From a virus, in the IMG/VR virus record IMGVR_UViG_3300046370_000202: a stretch of DNA of 64,000 bases; one strand, 5' to 3'. The position numbers and the translations under genes are program-made. Below, one piece after another: positions 40,312 to 49,011 of this stretch. The notes below the pieces were generated by a model. It did no database searches. It saw nothing but the letters and a program-made list of their open reading frames with translations, and was not told the DNA's origin. How positions within the stretch are numbered: position 1 is the first letter of the stretch; every line of letters starts with the position of its first letter.

Positions 40312-41016
40312 TTAAACTGCAGAAATGTCGTCAAGAACCATCTCACGAAATTCTTCAGAAGTCTCTGACCAGTCAAATACATAAGAAACGGTAACACGCC
40401 AGTCATCTGTAGATGCGGCATGATACATTAACTTTTCTGGTTCGTCATAGTGTCCGAAGTATGCAGCCTTACAAGTCCATACTCCTGGCGCGTCTTGACA
40501 ACGAACAACTTCTTTCGTTTCTGGATGAATGTAGTCAAAGTAACCAGAACCATCTTCTGAGTAAGAGAAGATAAGATTAAAACCTGGCGCATTTGCATTG
40601 TTATGCCATGAGATATACCCGCCCGGTGGATAGACTGCTGCAAGTGCATTGTGTTTAACAGACAAGAAGTTCATCATCTTGTCGTTTAGATCACGTAGGT
40701 GATGAGTCATGTCACGTTTAAAGATTGGGTCTGCATCTTTTTCAAACATCTTATGTGCGCGGTCAGATAGTTTGAAGTTATATCCAACCATCTCTTCGGG
40801 AAATCCATCATGTCCCTTGCCCATTGCAACGATGTCATTCATGTATCCTTCACCAACGTAGTATGAACGTTGACGAATATGTTCTGCTGCAGTCAAGTGA
40901 CAGTTCTTTTCAAAACCCTGCATAGTATGCAATTTGGCATACTGGTCTAAAACCTCTAGCAACTCTGGGTTATTTACCTCTACGTGCTTTAGATATTGGT
41001 CGTTTACCTGTGTCAT
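40312..41016 (-). CDS. Putative Fe(II)/2OG-oxygenase-like DSBH protein with H-x-N motif; paralog of 2340..2987
   Basis: YPPGGYISWHNNANAPGFNLIFSYSEDG.GYF...W.CKAAYFG...YHAA...RVTVSY. Confidence 0.6.
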   Translation of the reverse strand: MTQVNDQYLKHVEVNNPELLEVLDQYAKLHTMQGFEKNCHLTAAEHIRQRSYYVGEGYMNDIVAMGKGHDGFPEEMVGYNFKLSDRAHKMFEKDADPIFKRDMTHHLRDLNDKMMNFLSVKHNALAAVYPPGGYISWHNNANAPGFNLIFSYSEDGSGYFDYIHPETKEVVRCQDAPGVWTCKAAYFGHYDEPEKLMYHAASTDDWRVTVSYVFDWSETSEEFREMVLDDISAV

Positions 41017-41741
41017 ACGATTGGAGTATCCTTGTTCAACCCAGCCGAGAAGTGTCTTAAAATTACGGGTCCCGTCTCAGGTCGTGTTCTTGCCCAATTG
41101 AGGGCATTGTAATAATTCCACCTCAAGTCATCATCAAAGATACCAACCTTGAGGTCCTTATACTTTTCTTCCTTCTCAGTTAACCACCAGAGCGAGAACT
41201 GATCCCAAGACTTGAGACTGTCTGCATACCCTTCCGGCCACCAAGAGTCGTTCATCTGTCTGAATGTCAAGTCCCACCAATCGTCCATGAATTCACGTAC
41301 AATCGGTTTACTCATATCATACAAACAAACGCCACCGCATAATGTAAACTTCGCCATACCCTCTGGTGTAGAGAAGTCGCGTTCTGCGTAGATGTAATCT
41401 CTATCATCTGTTAACGCAGAAAACACCACATCGTGGTCTTTCATCTCATCCCAAACTTTTACAATGTCTTCGTGCTCACATTCCATATCAGCATCAATGT
41501 ACATTGTCAAGTCATACGGAGACTTTGCCATCCCCCACAACTTCGCACGGTAGTGATCATCACAAAAGATGATATCATCCGCGACTTCGCGACCACGATC
41601 ATCAATAAACCGTTCTTCGGTCACTAAACAAATCTTGCAATCCTCATAGTAATCTCTAATGGATTCGGCAAGATTCAATGCGTACAAATAAAAGTTGCGT
41701 TTCTTAGACGCAACTAATAAAAATCCTTTACTCTTCTCCAC
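41013..41741 (-). CDS. GT-A fold glycosyltransferase, GT8-like
   Basis: RAKLWGMAKSPYDLTMYIDAD (DxD), GGVCLY, WDQFSLW, RWN, VILRHF. Confidence 0.82.
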   Translation of the reverse strand: MEKSKGFLLVASKKRNFYLYALNLAESIRDYYEDCKICLVTEERFIDDRGREVADDIIFCDDHYRAKLWGMAKSPYDLTMYIDADMECEHEDIVKVWDEMKDHDVVFSALTDDRDYIYAERDFSTPEGMAKFTLCGGVCLYDMSKPIVREFMDDWWDLTFRQMNDSWWPEGYADSLKSWDQFSLWWLTEKEEKYKDLKVGIFDDDLRWNYYNALNWARTRPETGPVILRHFSAGLNKDTPIV

Positions 41742-42189
41742 TGTCTTCGGCCTCTAGTTGTTCTTGCAGAATCATAATTGAGTACATATCTACTTCAATC
41801 TTTGACTTCGCCCGACGCAGTTTTGCCTTTAACTTGCGGTTCTTAGAGTTTTTAATCTCCTCAACCTCAAACGCTTCTAGTTTGTAGTTGAACAGTTTTT
41901 CAAGCTTACGTGCCTTTTGATGTTCTTCTTCACGTATCTTTTCTTCTTCAGCTTCTGCCTTCTTGCGAACAACACGATCAGATGTTTCCTTATCAATCGC
42001 ATCTTCACCTAGGGCATCAACAACTTCATTAAACAGTTCGTTCTCACTACCATCCTTATCATGACGATGTAAAAACATTTGTTGGCGCGTCACTCTACCA
42101 ACGTCATCTTCAAGTTCTAGAATACAGTTTATTTCTTTCTTTTCGTCTGTTTCCCAGAACGCATTATCCATCCAACGCTTATAACTCAT
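41728..42189 (-). CDS. Hypothetical charged helical protein, candidate fibre chaperone
   Basis: 153-aa ORF with GGAG RBS directly after the 1800-aa gene, overlapping the GT start; function inferred from position only. Confidence 0.55.
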   Translation of the reverse strand: MSYKRWMDNAFWETDEKKEINCILELEDDVGRVTRQQMFLHRHDKDGSENELFNEVVDALGEDAIDKETSDRVVRKKAEAEEEKIREEEHQKARKLEKLFNYKLEAFEVEEIKNSKNRKLKAKLRRAKSKIEVDMYSIMILQEQLEAEDSGEE

Positions 42190-42236
42190 TAAGTATCTCC
42201 AAAGAGTTCAATTCAATTCAAATGTATATAGTGTAG

Positions 42237-42265
42237 AAATAAAACGGGTCAAGTGAATGACCCGC
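42237..42265 (-). terminator. Intrinsic terminator after the 1800-aa gene
   Basis: CGGGTCA-TTCACT-TGACCCG followed by TTTTATTT. Confidence 0.75.
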
Positions 42266-42295
42266 ATTTCCTATATTATAACACAGTACGGTTGA

Positions 42296-45200
42296 TTATG
42301 CAACACGTACGTATAATGTATATGTTTCAGTAACCTCTGTAAGCGTATCTGAAATCGTTGCACCCACGTAGTTACCCAAGAAAGATCTTGCATAGTTACC
42401 AACGTAATCTCGAGCATAATTACCACCAAATGTACGTGAGTAATTACCTGTGAAGTCTCCAACATAGGCAGAGTCACGATTACGTGAGTATGCACCAGAG
42501 TATGCAGAAGTACGGACACGAGCATATGCAGAGACACGGACACGAGAGTAATTACCTACGAAGTCGCGTGAGTAAGTGCCAGTATATTCACCAGTAAATG
42601 TGCGTGAATAATCACCGACATAGTTACCACCGAAGTCGCGAGTATATGTGCCAGTGTATTCACCAGCAAAGTCACGGGAGTAGTTACCTACATATTCCCC
42701 AGCGAAGCCGCGTGAGTAGTTGCCCGCATACTGACCAGAGAAGTCTCGAGTATATGTGCCAGTGTATTCACCCGCGAATCCACGAGCATAGTTACCTACG
42801 AAGTCGCCGACAAAGTCACTTGCATAAGCCCCAGTGTATTCACCAGCAAATGTTCTTGCATAGTTACCAGTAAAGTCTCCAGCAAAATCACGTGCATAAT
42901 TACCAGCAAATGTTCTTGCATAGTTACCAGTAAATGTGGCATTATATGTTCCCGCATACTCACCAACAAATCCACGTGAGTAAGCACCAGTATATTCACC
43001 AACGAAGTTGTTGTTGTAAGTACCAGTGTATGCGCCTGTGTATTCACCTACGAATGTTCGGTTATAAGTTCCTGCGTATTCGCCAACAAATCCACGTGAA
43101 TAGTTACCCGCAAAGTTTCCACCAAAGTCACGTGCGTAGTTTCCTACGTAGTTTCCTCCGAAGTCTCCAACAAAATCACCGATAAAGTTACCAGCGAAGT
43201 TACGAGAGTAGTTACCAGTGAATGTGCGTGAGTAGTTGCCTGCAAAATCTCCAGCGAAGTCACGCGAGTAGTTACCAGTGAATGTACGTGAATAGTTACC
43301 AGCAAAGTTTCCTGCAAAGTTAGTCACACGATCACGAGCATATGTTGATGCACGGTTGCGGATGTATGCAGAAACACGAGTCACGACATATGCAGAGTAA
43401 CGAGTACGAGTAGATGTACGAGTATACTCACCAGTAAAGTTACCGGCATATTCACCAGCAAATCCACGTGAGTAGTTACCTACAAAGTCACCTGCATAGT
43501 TACGGGCGTAGTTACCGATAAAGTTACCAGCGAAGTTTGTTACTCTATCACGAGTGAAGTTACCTGTGTAATCAGTAATTCGTGTACGTGCATACGAAGA
43601 GTTGCGATTACGCGTAGATGTACGTGTTGATGTACGAGTAAAGTTACCTGTGTAATCAGTAATTCGTGTACGTGCATAAGCTGAGTAACGTGTGCGTGTT
43701 GAAGTAATTGTCGATACACGTGTGAAGTTGCCTACGTAGTTTGTTACGCGATCACGAGCGTAAGCTGAGTTACGTGTACGAGTATAGTTTGTTGCACGAG
43801 TTCTTGCATAAGCACTGTAACGAGTACGAGTAGATGTGCGCGTAGATGTACGAGTAAAGTCACCAACATAGTTAGTAATACGAGTACGTGAGTAGGCACT
43901 GTAACGAGTACGTGTTGAAGTACGTGTTGACGTACGAGCATATTCACCTACGAAGTCACCAGCATAGTATCCAGTACGTGTGTAGTTACCTGTATTGGTA
44001 AAGGTCTGAACACGATTACGAGTGAACGCACGAGCGTAGTTACCTGTGTAGTACAATGTACGAGTGTAGTAACCAGTACCTGTACCCGTACGTGTTGACG
44101 TACGGCTGTAATTGCCTTCATATGAGAACGGACGACTACGAGTATAGTTTCCTACAAAATCACCAGTAAAGTTGGTTACACGATCACGTGAGTAGTTTCC
44201 AGCGTATGAGAACGCACGACTTCGATTATACGTAGAAGTACGGGTGCGCGTATAGTCGCGAGAGTAGTTTCCAGCGTAAGAGAATGCACGACTGCGAGTA
44301 TAATCCTCTGCGGATACACGAGTTCGGGCATAGTCCCCAACAAAGTTGCCGGTAAAAGAACCAGCCGTGCCTTGAGTAACCAACCCATAGTAATAATTTT
44401 GAAAAAGTTGCATTTGGAGAGTGCCTCTTGAATAGGTCACTCCATTGTGCGTAATTGAAGTTGCGTTGGCGTTAGTGCTGGTCGCAATAGTCGTAGCGTT
44501 AATAACAACAGAAGCTCCCGCAGTACTCTTTAACCAATATGTGACATATTGGGCGTACTGAGTAGTACTTCCCGAATTAACAGAAGTTCGGGTTGATGTG
44601 CGTGCGTAGTTGCCTACATACGAAGTACCGCCCGTAACTCCAGTATAGTTTCCTACAAAGTTTCCTGTAAAAGAACCGCCAGAACCACTGTAAGTAACGC
44701 CGTAACGAGTTTCCAGCCCAAAGTTCTCTCGGAAAGTGCCTCGATTATACGTGACACCACCATTGGTTATTGATGTCATGGTGGTTCCTTGCGCTATAGC
44801 GACAGAAGAACCGCCCACATAAACAATTACAGTACTGGATTCATTATCAATAACCCAACCATCTGTCACTGTGTTGAAAGGACTCTCCGAATAATCGTCA
44901 GTAGCACCACCAGAACCCGTAGAAACGCGAGTAGAAGTTCGGGTGAAATCTGTACTAGTTGGAGTTCCAGTGTAGTTACCTAAATAAGATCCCGTTCGGT
45001 TTCGAGTAAAGTTTCTTGAATAGTTTCCGCCGAAGTTACGCGAATAATTACCCAAATAAGATCCAGTACGAGTACGGCCATAGTTGCCTACAAAGTTGCC
45101 TGCGTAGTTGACATCTGGTTCGCGAGTATAGTTACCCAAATAAGATCCGGTTCGTGTACGCGCATAGTTACCTACAAAGTTGCCTGCGTAGTATAGTGTA

Positions 45201-47698
45201 CGAGTATAAGCTGGGGTACGTGCATAGTCTGCAGCATAGTTACGTGCATAGTTGCCAGTGAAGTCGCCGACATAGTACAGTGTACGTTGATAGTTCAAAG
45301 TACGTGTTGAAGTACGTGTTGATGTGCGTGAATAGTTTCCTACAAAATCACCAGCATAGTTACCAGCAAAACCACGAGAATAGTTGCCTACAAAGTCGCC
45401 AGTAAATGTAGTCGCGTAATTACCTACGAAATCACCACCGTAGTTGCCTGCGAATCCTCGAGCATAGTTGCCTACAAAGTCGCCTACATAGTCTCCGACA
45501 TAATTTCGGGCGTAGTTACCAACAAAGTTACCTGCGAATGTCGTTGTATAGTTGCCTGTGTAGTTACCTGCAAAGTCACCAGCGTATCCACGAGCATAGT
45601 TTCCTACGAAATCTCCGGTGAATACTGTGGTATAATTACCTACGAAATCGCCACCGTAGTTGCCCACAAATGTACGTGCATAGTTTCCTACGAAATCTCC
45701 GGTGAATACTGTAGTGTAGTTACCCACGAAGTTACCAGCGTAATTAGTAACACGGTCACGTGTGTATGCAGATGCACGAGTACGGGTAGATGTACGCGCA
45801 TAAGCTGAGTAACGTGTTCTCGCAGAAGTACGAGTAGAAACACGAGCATAGTTGCCTACGTAGTTTCCTGCAAATCCGCGTGAGTAGTTACCTACGAAGT
45901 TACGTGAATAGTTGCCTTGGAAAGAACGTGAGTAGTTTCCAATAAAGTTGCCAGCAAAATCGGTCACACGATCGCGAACATATGAAGAAACACGGCCACG
46001 AGTAAACTCACCCGTGAAGTTAGTCACACGATTGCGTGTGTAAGTAGAAACACGGGCACGAGCATAAGCATTTGCAAAGTTAGTGACACGGTCGCGAGTG
46101 TAGTTAGTGATGCGGGTTCGTGTGTAATCTGCAGAGTATGCTGATGTGCGTGTACGAGTTGAAGTTCTTGTATAAGCTGAGTTACGAGTACGTGAGTATG
46201 TTCCGGCATAAGCTGATACACGGTTTCGTGAATATGTACCAGAGTATGTACCTGTGTATGAAGAAACACGAGTACGAGCGTAAGTGCCTGAATAGGCAGA
46301 GTTACGAGTACGTGCATATGTACCTGCATAAGCAGAAACACGACCACGAGTGTATGCAGAAGAACGAGAACGCGTGAACGTACCAGTAAAGTTCTGTACG
46401 CGATTACGTGTGTAAGTAGAAACACGTGCGCGTGAGTAAGTTCCCGCAAAGTAACCAGTAAATGCAGTTAGTCTATTACGAGAATATGTAGAGATACGGT
46501 TACGAGCATACGCGCCAGAGTACGCAGATGTGCGTGTGCGCGAATATGTTCCAACGTATGTTGAGACACGGGTTCTCGCATAAGTGTCTGAATACGCGGA
46601 TGTACGAGTTCGTGAGTAGGTTCCTGTATAAGAGGAAACACGTGTACGAGTGTAATCAGCCGAGTAAGTAGAAACACGATTGCGAATATAAGTCCCTTCA
46701 TATGAAGATGGTCGCGTACGAGTGTACTCTCCGACGAAATCTCGAGAATAGTTACCTACGAAATCTCTATTATATGTTCCTGTGTAGTCTCCAACAAAGG
46801 TGCGGGAGAATGTATCTACACTATTACGTGTGTATGTTGAAACTCTATCGCGAGTGTAAGCCGAAATACGCGTACGTGCGTATGATGAGTTACGTGTGCG
46901 AGAGTATGAACTATTTACAATAGTACGTCGGGTGTTAGTTGCATCACCAACAACAGACCATGTTCCAGGCAGTGTTGGTACACCTTGCGCAGCTGAACGG
47001 AACTGATAAGATCCGATCGCACCGGCCGTCGCACGGAGGGATTTGACACGTTGACCAATAGTATATTTGATCTGATCATCCGACATTTCTTTGAATCCGT
47101 CAAAGTTGGATGACCCATCGTAACAAATAGCAACGGGACGCACTGCGTTAACCACAGGCATCGTTACACGTTGATAGATGTTGTAATTTGTTACTGTACC
47201 ATCACCGTGTGTGTCTGAGAAGACATTTGCGAGGAAGACCGTATAGTCTGCGCCAGGTGATGTACTAGAAAGTTTGAATGTACCGACATAGTCATTCTGG
47301 ACCATGTTACTGAGTACACGACTTGCAAGATTATCCAAATCTGGATCTACCATTTCGTAGAAGCCTGGATTTGGGCCTGAGTCATAATAACCCACAGGAC
47401 GAACAAAATCGGCACCAGTTTCATCTGCAACACCGCCCACCTGACGTAGAGGTGTGGTTACAGTTGTAGATGTGATATTAGTAATTGGGTGAGTACCCGC
47501 AGATTCATTAAAATACGCGTCCGTAAATGAACCAATATTAACATCACCAGTTAAACTGATATCTCCGACTTCACCAGCAGATGCATCTGCTAATGCTTGT
47601 CCCACCGCATAAGAAAGATAGTTCTCTTCTAGCGGTGTAAATTCCTGTAGGTCACCATTAGTATTTTTAATTTTTAGTGGGATACTAGATGCTGACAC
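42296..47698 (-). CDS. 1800-aa tetrapeptide-repeat fibre-like protein with mirror-complementary arms (predicted giant antiparallel hairpin with forked tip)
   Basis: GTG start after a late promoter; ~260-aa N-terminal domain; residues 265-912 and 1133-1780 built from [YF]xRx, [YF]xGx, Rx[ST]x and SxRx units; two central ~65-75-aa domains; C-terminus YTLYVRVA. Confidence 0.85.
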   Translation of the reverse strand: MSASSIPLKIKNTNGDLQEFTPLEENYLSYAVGQALADASAGEVGDISLTGDVNIGSFTDAYFNESAGTHPITNITSTTVTTPLRQVGGVADETGADFVRPVGYYDSGPNPGFYEMVDPDLDNLASRVLSNMVQNDYVGTFKLSSTSPGADYTVFLANVFSDTHGDGTVTNYNIYQRVTMPVVNAVRPVAICYDGSSNFDGFKEMSDDQIKYTIGQRVKSLRATAGAIGSYQFRSAAQGVPTLPGTWSVVGDATNTRRTIVNSSYSRTRNSSYARTRISAYTRDRVSTYTRNSVDTFSRTFVGDYTGTYNRDFVGNYSRDFVGEYTRTRPSSYEGTYIRNRVSTYSADYTRTRVSSYTGTYSRTRTSAYSDTYARTRVSTYVGTYSRTRTSAYSGAYARNRISTYSRNRLTAFTGYFAGTYSRARVSTYTRNRVQNFTGTFTRSRSSAYTRGRVSAYAGTYARTRNSAYSGTYARTRVSSYTGTYSGTYSRNRVSAYAGTYSRTRNSAYTRTSTRTRTSAYSADYTRTRITNYTRDRVTNFANAYARARVSTYTRNRVTNFTGEFTRGRVSSYVRDRVTDFAGNFIGNYSRSFQGNYSRNFVGNYSRGFAGNYVGNYARVSTRTSARTRYSAYARTSTRTRASAYTRDRVTNYAGNFVGNYTTVFTGDFVGNYARTFVGNYGGDFVGNYTTVFTGDFVGNYARGYAGDFAGNYTGNYTTTFAGNFVGNYARNYVGDYVGDFVGNYARGFAGNYGGDFVGNYATTFTGDFVGNYSRGFAGNYAGDFVGNYSRTSTRTSTRTLNYQRTLYYVGDFTGNYARNYAADYARTPAYTRTLYYAGNFVGNYARTRTGSYLGNYTREPDVNYAGNFVGNYGRTRTGSYLGNYSRNFGGNYSRNFTRNRTGSYLGNYTGTPTSTDFTRTSTRVSTGSGGATDDYSESPFNTVTDGWVIDNESSTVIVYVGGSSVAIAQGTTMTSITNGGVTYNRGTFRENFGLETRYGVTYSGSGGSFTGNFVGNYTGVTGGTSYVGNYARTSTRTSVNSGSTTQYAQYVTYWLKSTAGASVVINATTIATSTNANATSITHNGVTYSRGTLQMQLFQNYYYGLVTQGTAGSFTGNFVGDYARTRVSAEDYTRSRAFSYAGNYSRDYTRTRTSTYNRSRAFSYAGNYSRDRVTNFTGDFVGNYTRSRPFSYEGNYSRTSTRTGTGTGYYTRTLYYTGNYARAFTRNRVQTFTNTGNYTRTGYYAGDFVGEYARTSTRTSTRTRYSAYSRTRITNYVGDFTRTSTRTSTRTRYSAYARTRATNYTRTRNSAYARDRVTNYVGNFTRVSTITSTRTRYSAYARTRITDYTGNFTRTSTRTSTRNRNSSYARTRITDYTGNFTRDRVTNFAGNFIGNYARNYAGDFVGNYSRGFAGEYAGNFTGEYTRTSTRTRYSAYVVTRVSAYIRNRASTYARDRVTNFAGNFAGNYSRTFTGNYSRDFAGDFAGNYSRTFTGNYSRNFAGNFIGDFVGDFGGNYVGNYARDFGGNFAGNYSRGFVGEYAGTYNRTFVGEYTGAYTGTYNNNFVGEYTGAYSRGFVGEYAGTYNATFTGNYARTFAGNYARDFAGDFTGNYARTFAGEYTGAYASDFVGDFVGNYARGFAGEYTGTYTRDFSGQYAGNYSRGFAGEYVGNYSRDFAGEYTGTYTRDFGGNYVGDYSRTFTGEYTGTYSRDFVGNYSRVRVSAYARVRTSAYSGAYSRNRDSAYVGDFTGNYSRTFGGNYARDYVGNYARSFLGNYVGATISDTLTEVTETYTLYVRVA
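42359..44302 (-). repeat. C-terminal (returning) arm of 12-bp/4-aa degenerate repeats
   Basis: Residues 1133-1780 parse into tetrapeptide units plus four 2-residue shifts. Confidence 0.9.
44963..46906 (-). repeat. N-terminal (outgoing) arm of 12-bp/4-aa degenerate repeats
   Basis: Residues 265-912 parse into tetrapeptide units plus four 2-residue shifts. Confidence 0.9.
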
Positions 47699-47747
47699 AA
47701 TAATTGCTCTCTTGTAAAAGTTGAAATTAACGGTTAATAACGTACTT

Positions 47748-47755
47748 TATTTATA
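47748..47755 (-). promoter_or_regulatory. T4-type late promoter TATAAATA for the 1800-aa gene
   Basis: Exact motif about 50 nt upstream of the GTG. Confidence 0.8.
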
Positions 47756-47757
47756 AT

Positions 47758-47794
47758 AAAAAAAATGTGCGGAAACCAAAGTCTGCGCACATTT
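47758..47794 (-). terminator. Intrinsic terminator after the tail assembly chaperone gene
   Basis: AAATGTGCG...CGCACATTT stem running into a T-tract. Confidence 0.7.
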
Positions 47795-47818
47795 CGTAAA
47801 AATATTTATGACAATTAG

Positions 47819-48268
47819 TTATGCTGGGGCGTCAGGCCATGGAACATCGTCCAAACTTTCAATTCCGTCTAGAACGTCTGTGATATCACGTAGTTCTTGA
47901 CGATAACCCGCCCACGCATTCTTCATATCTTCTGACAGTGGAGCATCTGGAATTTGTGTCCAATCTGTTCCCGCAAGAAGACCATTTCTTCGTGTACGAA
48001 TATCTTTTATTAGATCCTCAAGATCCCATACCCAGTTTCGTGATTCTGTATCCCATCGACAGTATTGATTTGGTGCGTCCTCACGAGGGTGAAACCTTCC
48101 ATCATCAAAATAATTTCTTTTTATAAACTCAAACCCATTCTCAATAGGAAAGTCTAAATGAAGGATTAAAGATCCATCTTCCTGAAATCCTTGTTCAGGC
48201 AATCTTCCATATGCAGTTTGAAGGTTTATTATTTGTTGATCTTTAATGTATGCAATATGATTTACCAT
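47819..48268 (-). CDS. Phage tail (fibre) assembly chaperone
   Basis: IRTRRNGLLAGTDWTQIPDAPL....K.AW..YRQELRDIT....VPWP signature. Confidence 0.85.
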   Translation of the reverse strand: MVNHIAYIKDQQIINLQTAYGRLPEQGFQEDGSLILHLDFPIENGFEFIKRNYFDDGRFHPREDAPNQYCRWDTESRNWVWDLEDLIKDIRTRRNGLLAGTDWTQIPDAPLSEDMKNAWAGYRQELRDITDVLDGIESLDDVPWPDAPA

Positions 48269-49011
48269 TATAATAATTCTCCTATTAAAATTTGATTTCT
48301 GATTCTTCCATATGATGTAAAGTATTCATCTCCAAATGGATTAGAACCAGACCTATCGTCTTCTTCGTTCCCCGATTGTCCTGTTGAGTTTATAACTGTT
48401 ACCTCATTAGCTTGTACCGTGAGAGAAGAAGTGTATGTGAAACATTGTTCCTGTGATGCTAAATCAGTAGGACTTGGGTTATAGTAAGTCCAAACCCAAG
48501 GCAGAGAAGATTCTAAATCACTTACTGAAATATATTTAGATCTATGCCCTAAATCATACCCATAAGTTATATCTGGATATGAATGTGAATCTGTGATTTG
48601 GAAATGATTAGAACCAACTGCCCTAGAGTCAAACTGAACACTTTCGTTTTCATTATAAATGATAAGTCCATAGTCATCGGTGGAACTAATTTGACCAGCC
48701 TTTTTTATAACGAAGTAATCTAAAGATACCGGATATTTATTGTCATTGTTTGAAACGTATCTATAAAAACTAAAAGAGTTTGTGCTGGATGTAGGAAAAG
48801 ATTGACCGTTCGTTGGTTCTACAAAAAAATTATAAATTGAACTTCCCGAGGTGTGCAGAGAAGGATCTGCTCGGACAAATAATATTTCACCCGAAGTCAG
48901 TGTAATGGATGAAGCAACACCAGCCTGAGTAACTATATAACTACTCAGCGGGTTTGATGAATCGAACATCAAACCGTTTGCATCATTAAATACTTGTAAT
49001 CCGTATGACAT
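48268..49011 (-). CDS. Tail-tip accessory / putative receptor-binding protein with two YGL modules
   Basis: MSYGLQVFNDANGLMFDS and DYGLIIYNENESVQFDS, typical of genes following J-like fibres. Confidence 0.65.
   Translation of the reverse strand: MSYGLQVFNDANGLMFDSSNPLSSYIVTQAGVASSITLTSGEILFVRADPSLHTSGSSIYNFFVEPTNGQSFPTSSTNSFSFYRYVSNNDNKYPVSLDYFVIKKAGQISSTDDYGLIIYNENESVQFDSRAVGSNHFQITDSHSYPDITYGYDLGHRSKYISVSDLESSLPWVWTYYNPSPTDLASQEQCFTYTSSLTVQANEVTVINSTGQSGNEEDDRSGSNPFGDEYFTSYGRIRNQILIGELL

Noticed and set aside
44372-44905. Diversity-generating retroelement acting on the tip domains
   Set aside because: No reverse transcriptase and no near-identical template/variable repeat pair differing at adenines in this window.
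42359-46906. DNA-level inverted repeat as the cause of the arm symmetry
   Set aside because: Reverse-complementing Arg/Thr-unit codons (CGT/ACA) gives Thr/Cys/Val/Arg patterns, not F-x-G-N, and I saw no long nucleotide inverted repeat. The symmetry is at the protein level.
42296-47000. CRISPR-like array (recurring TAGTTACC words)
   Set aside because: The repeats are 12-bp-period degenerate codon patterns inside one open frame; no constant repeat with unique spacers and no cas genes.
42271-47133. Short alternative-frame ORFs within the 1800-aa gene (e.g. 42271..42543, 46024..46449)
   Set aside because: Frame-shifted by-products of the repeat; no slippery site or RBS noticed.
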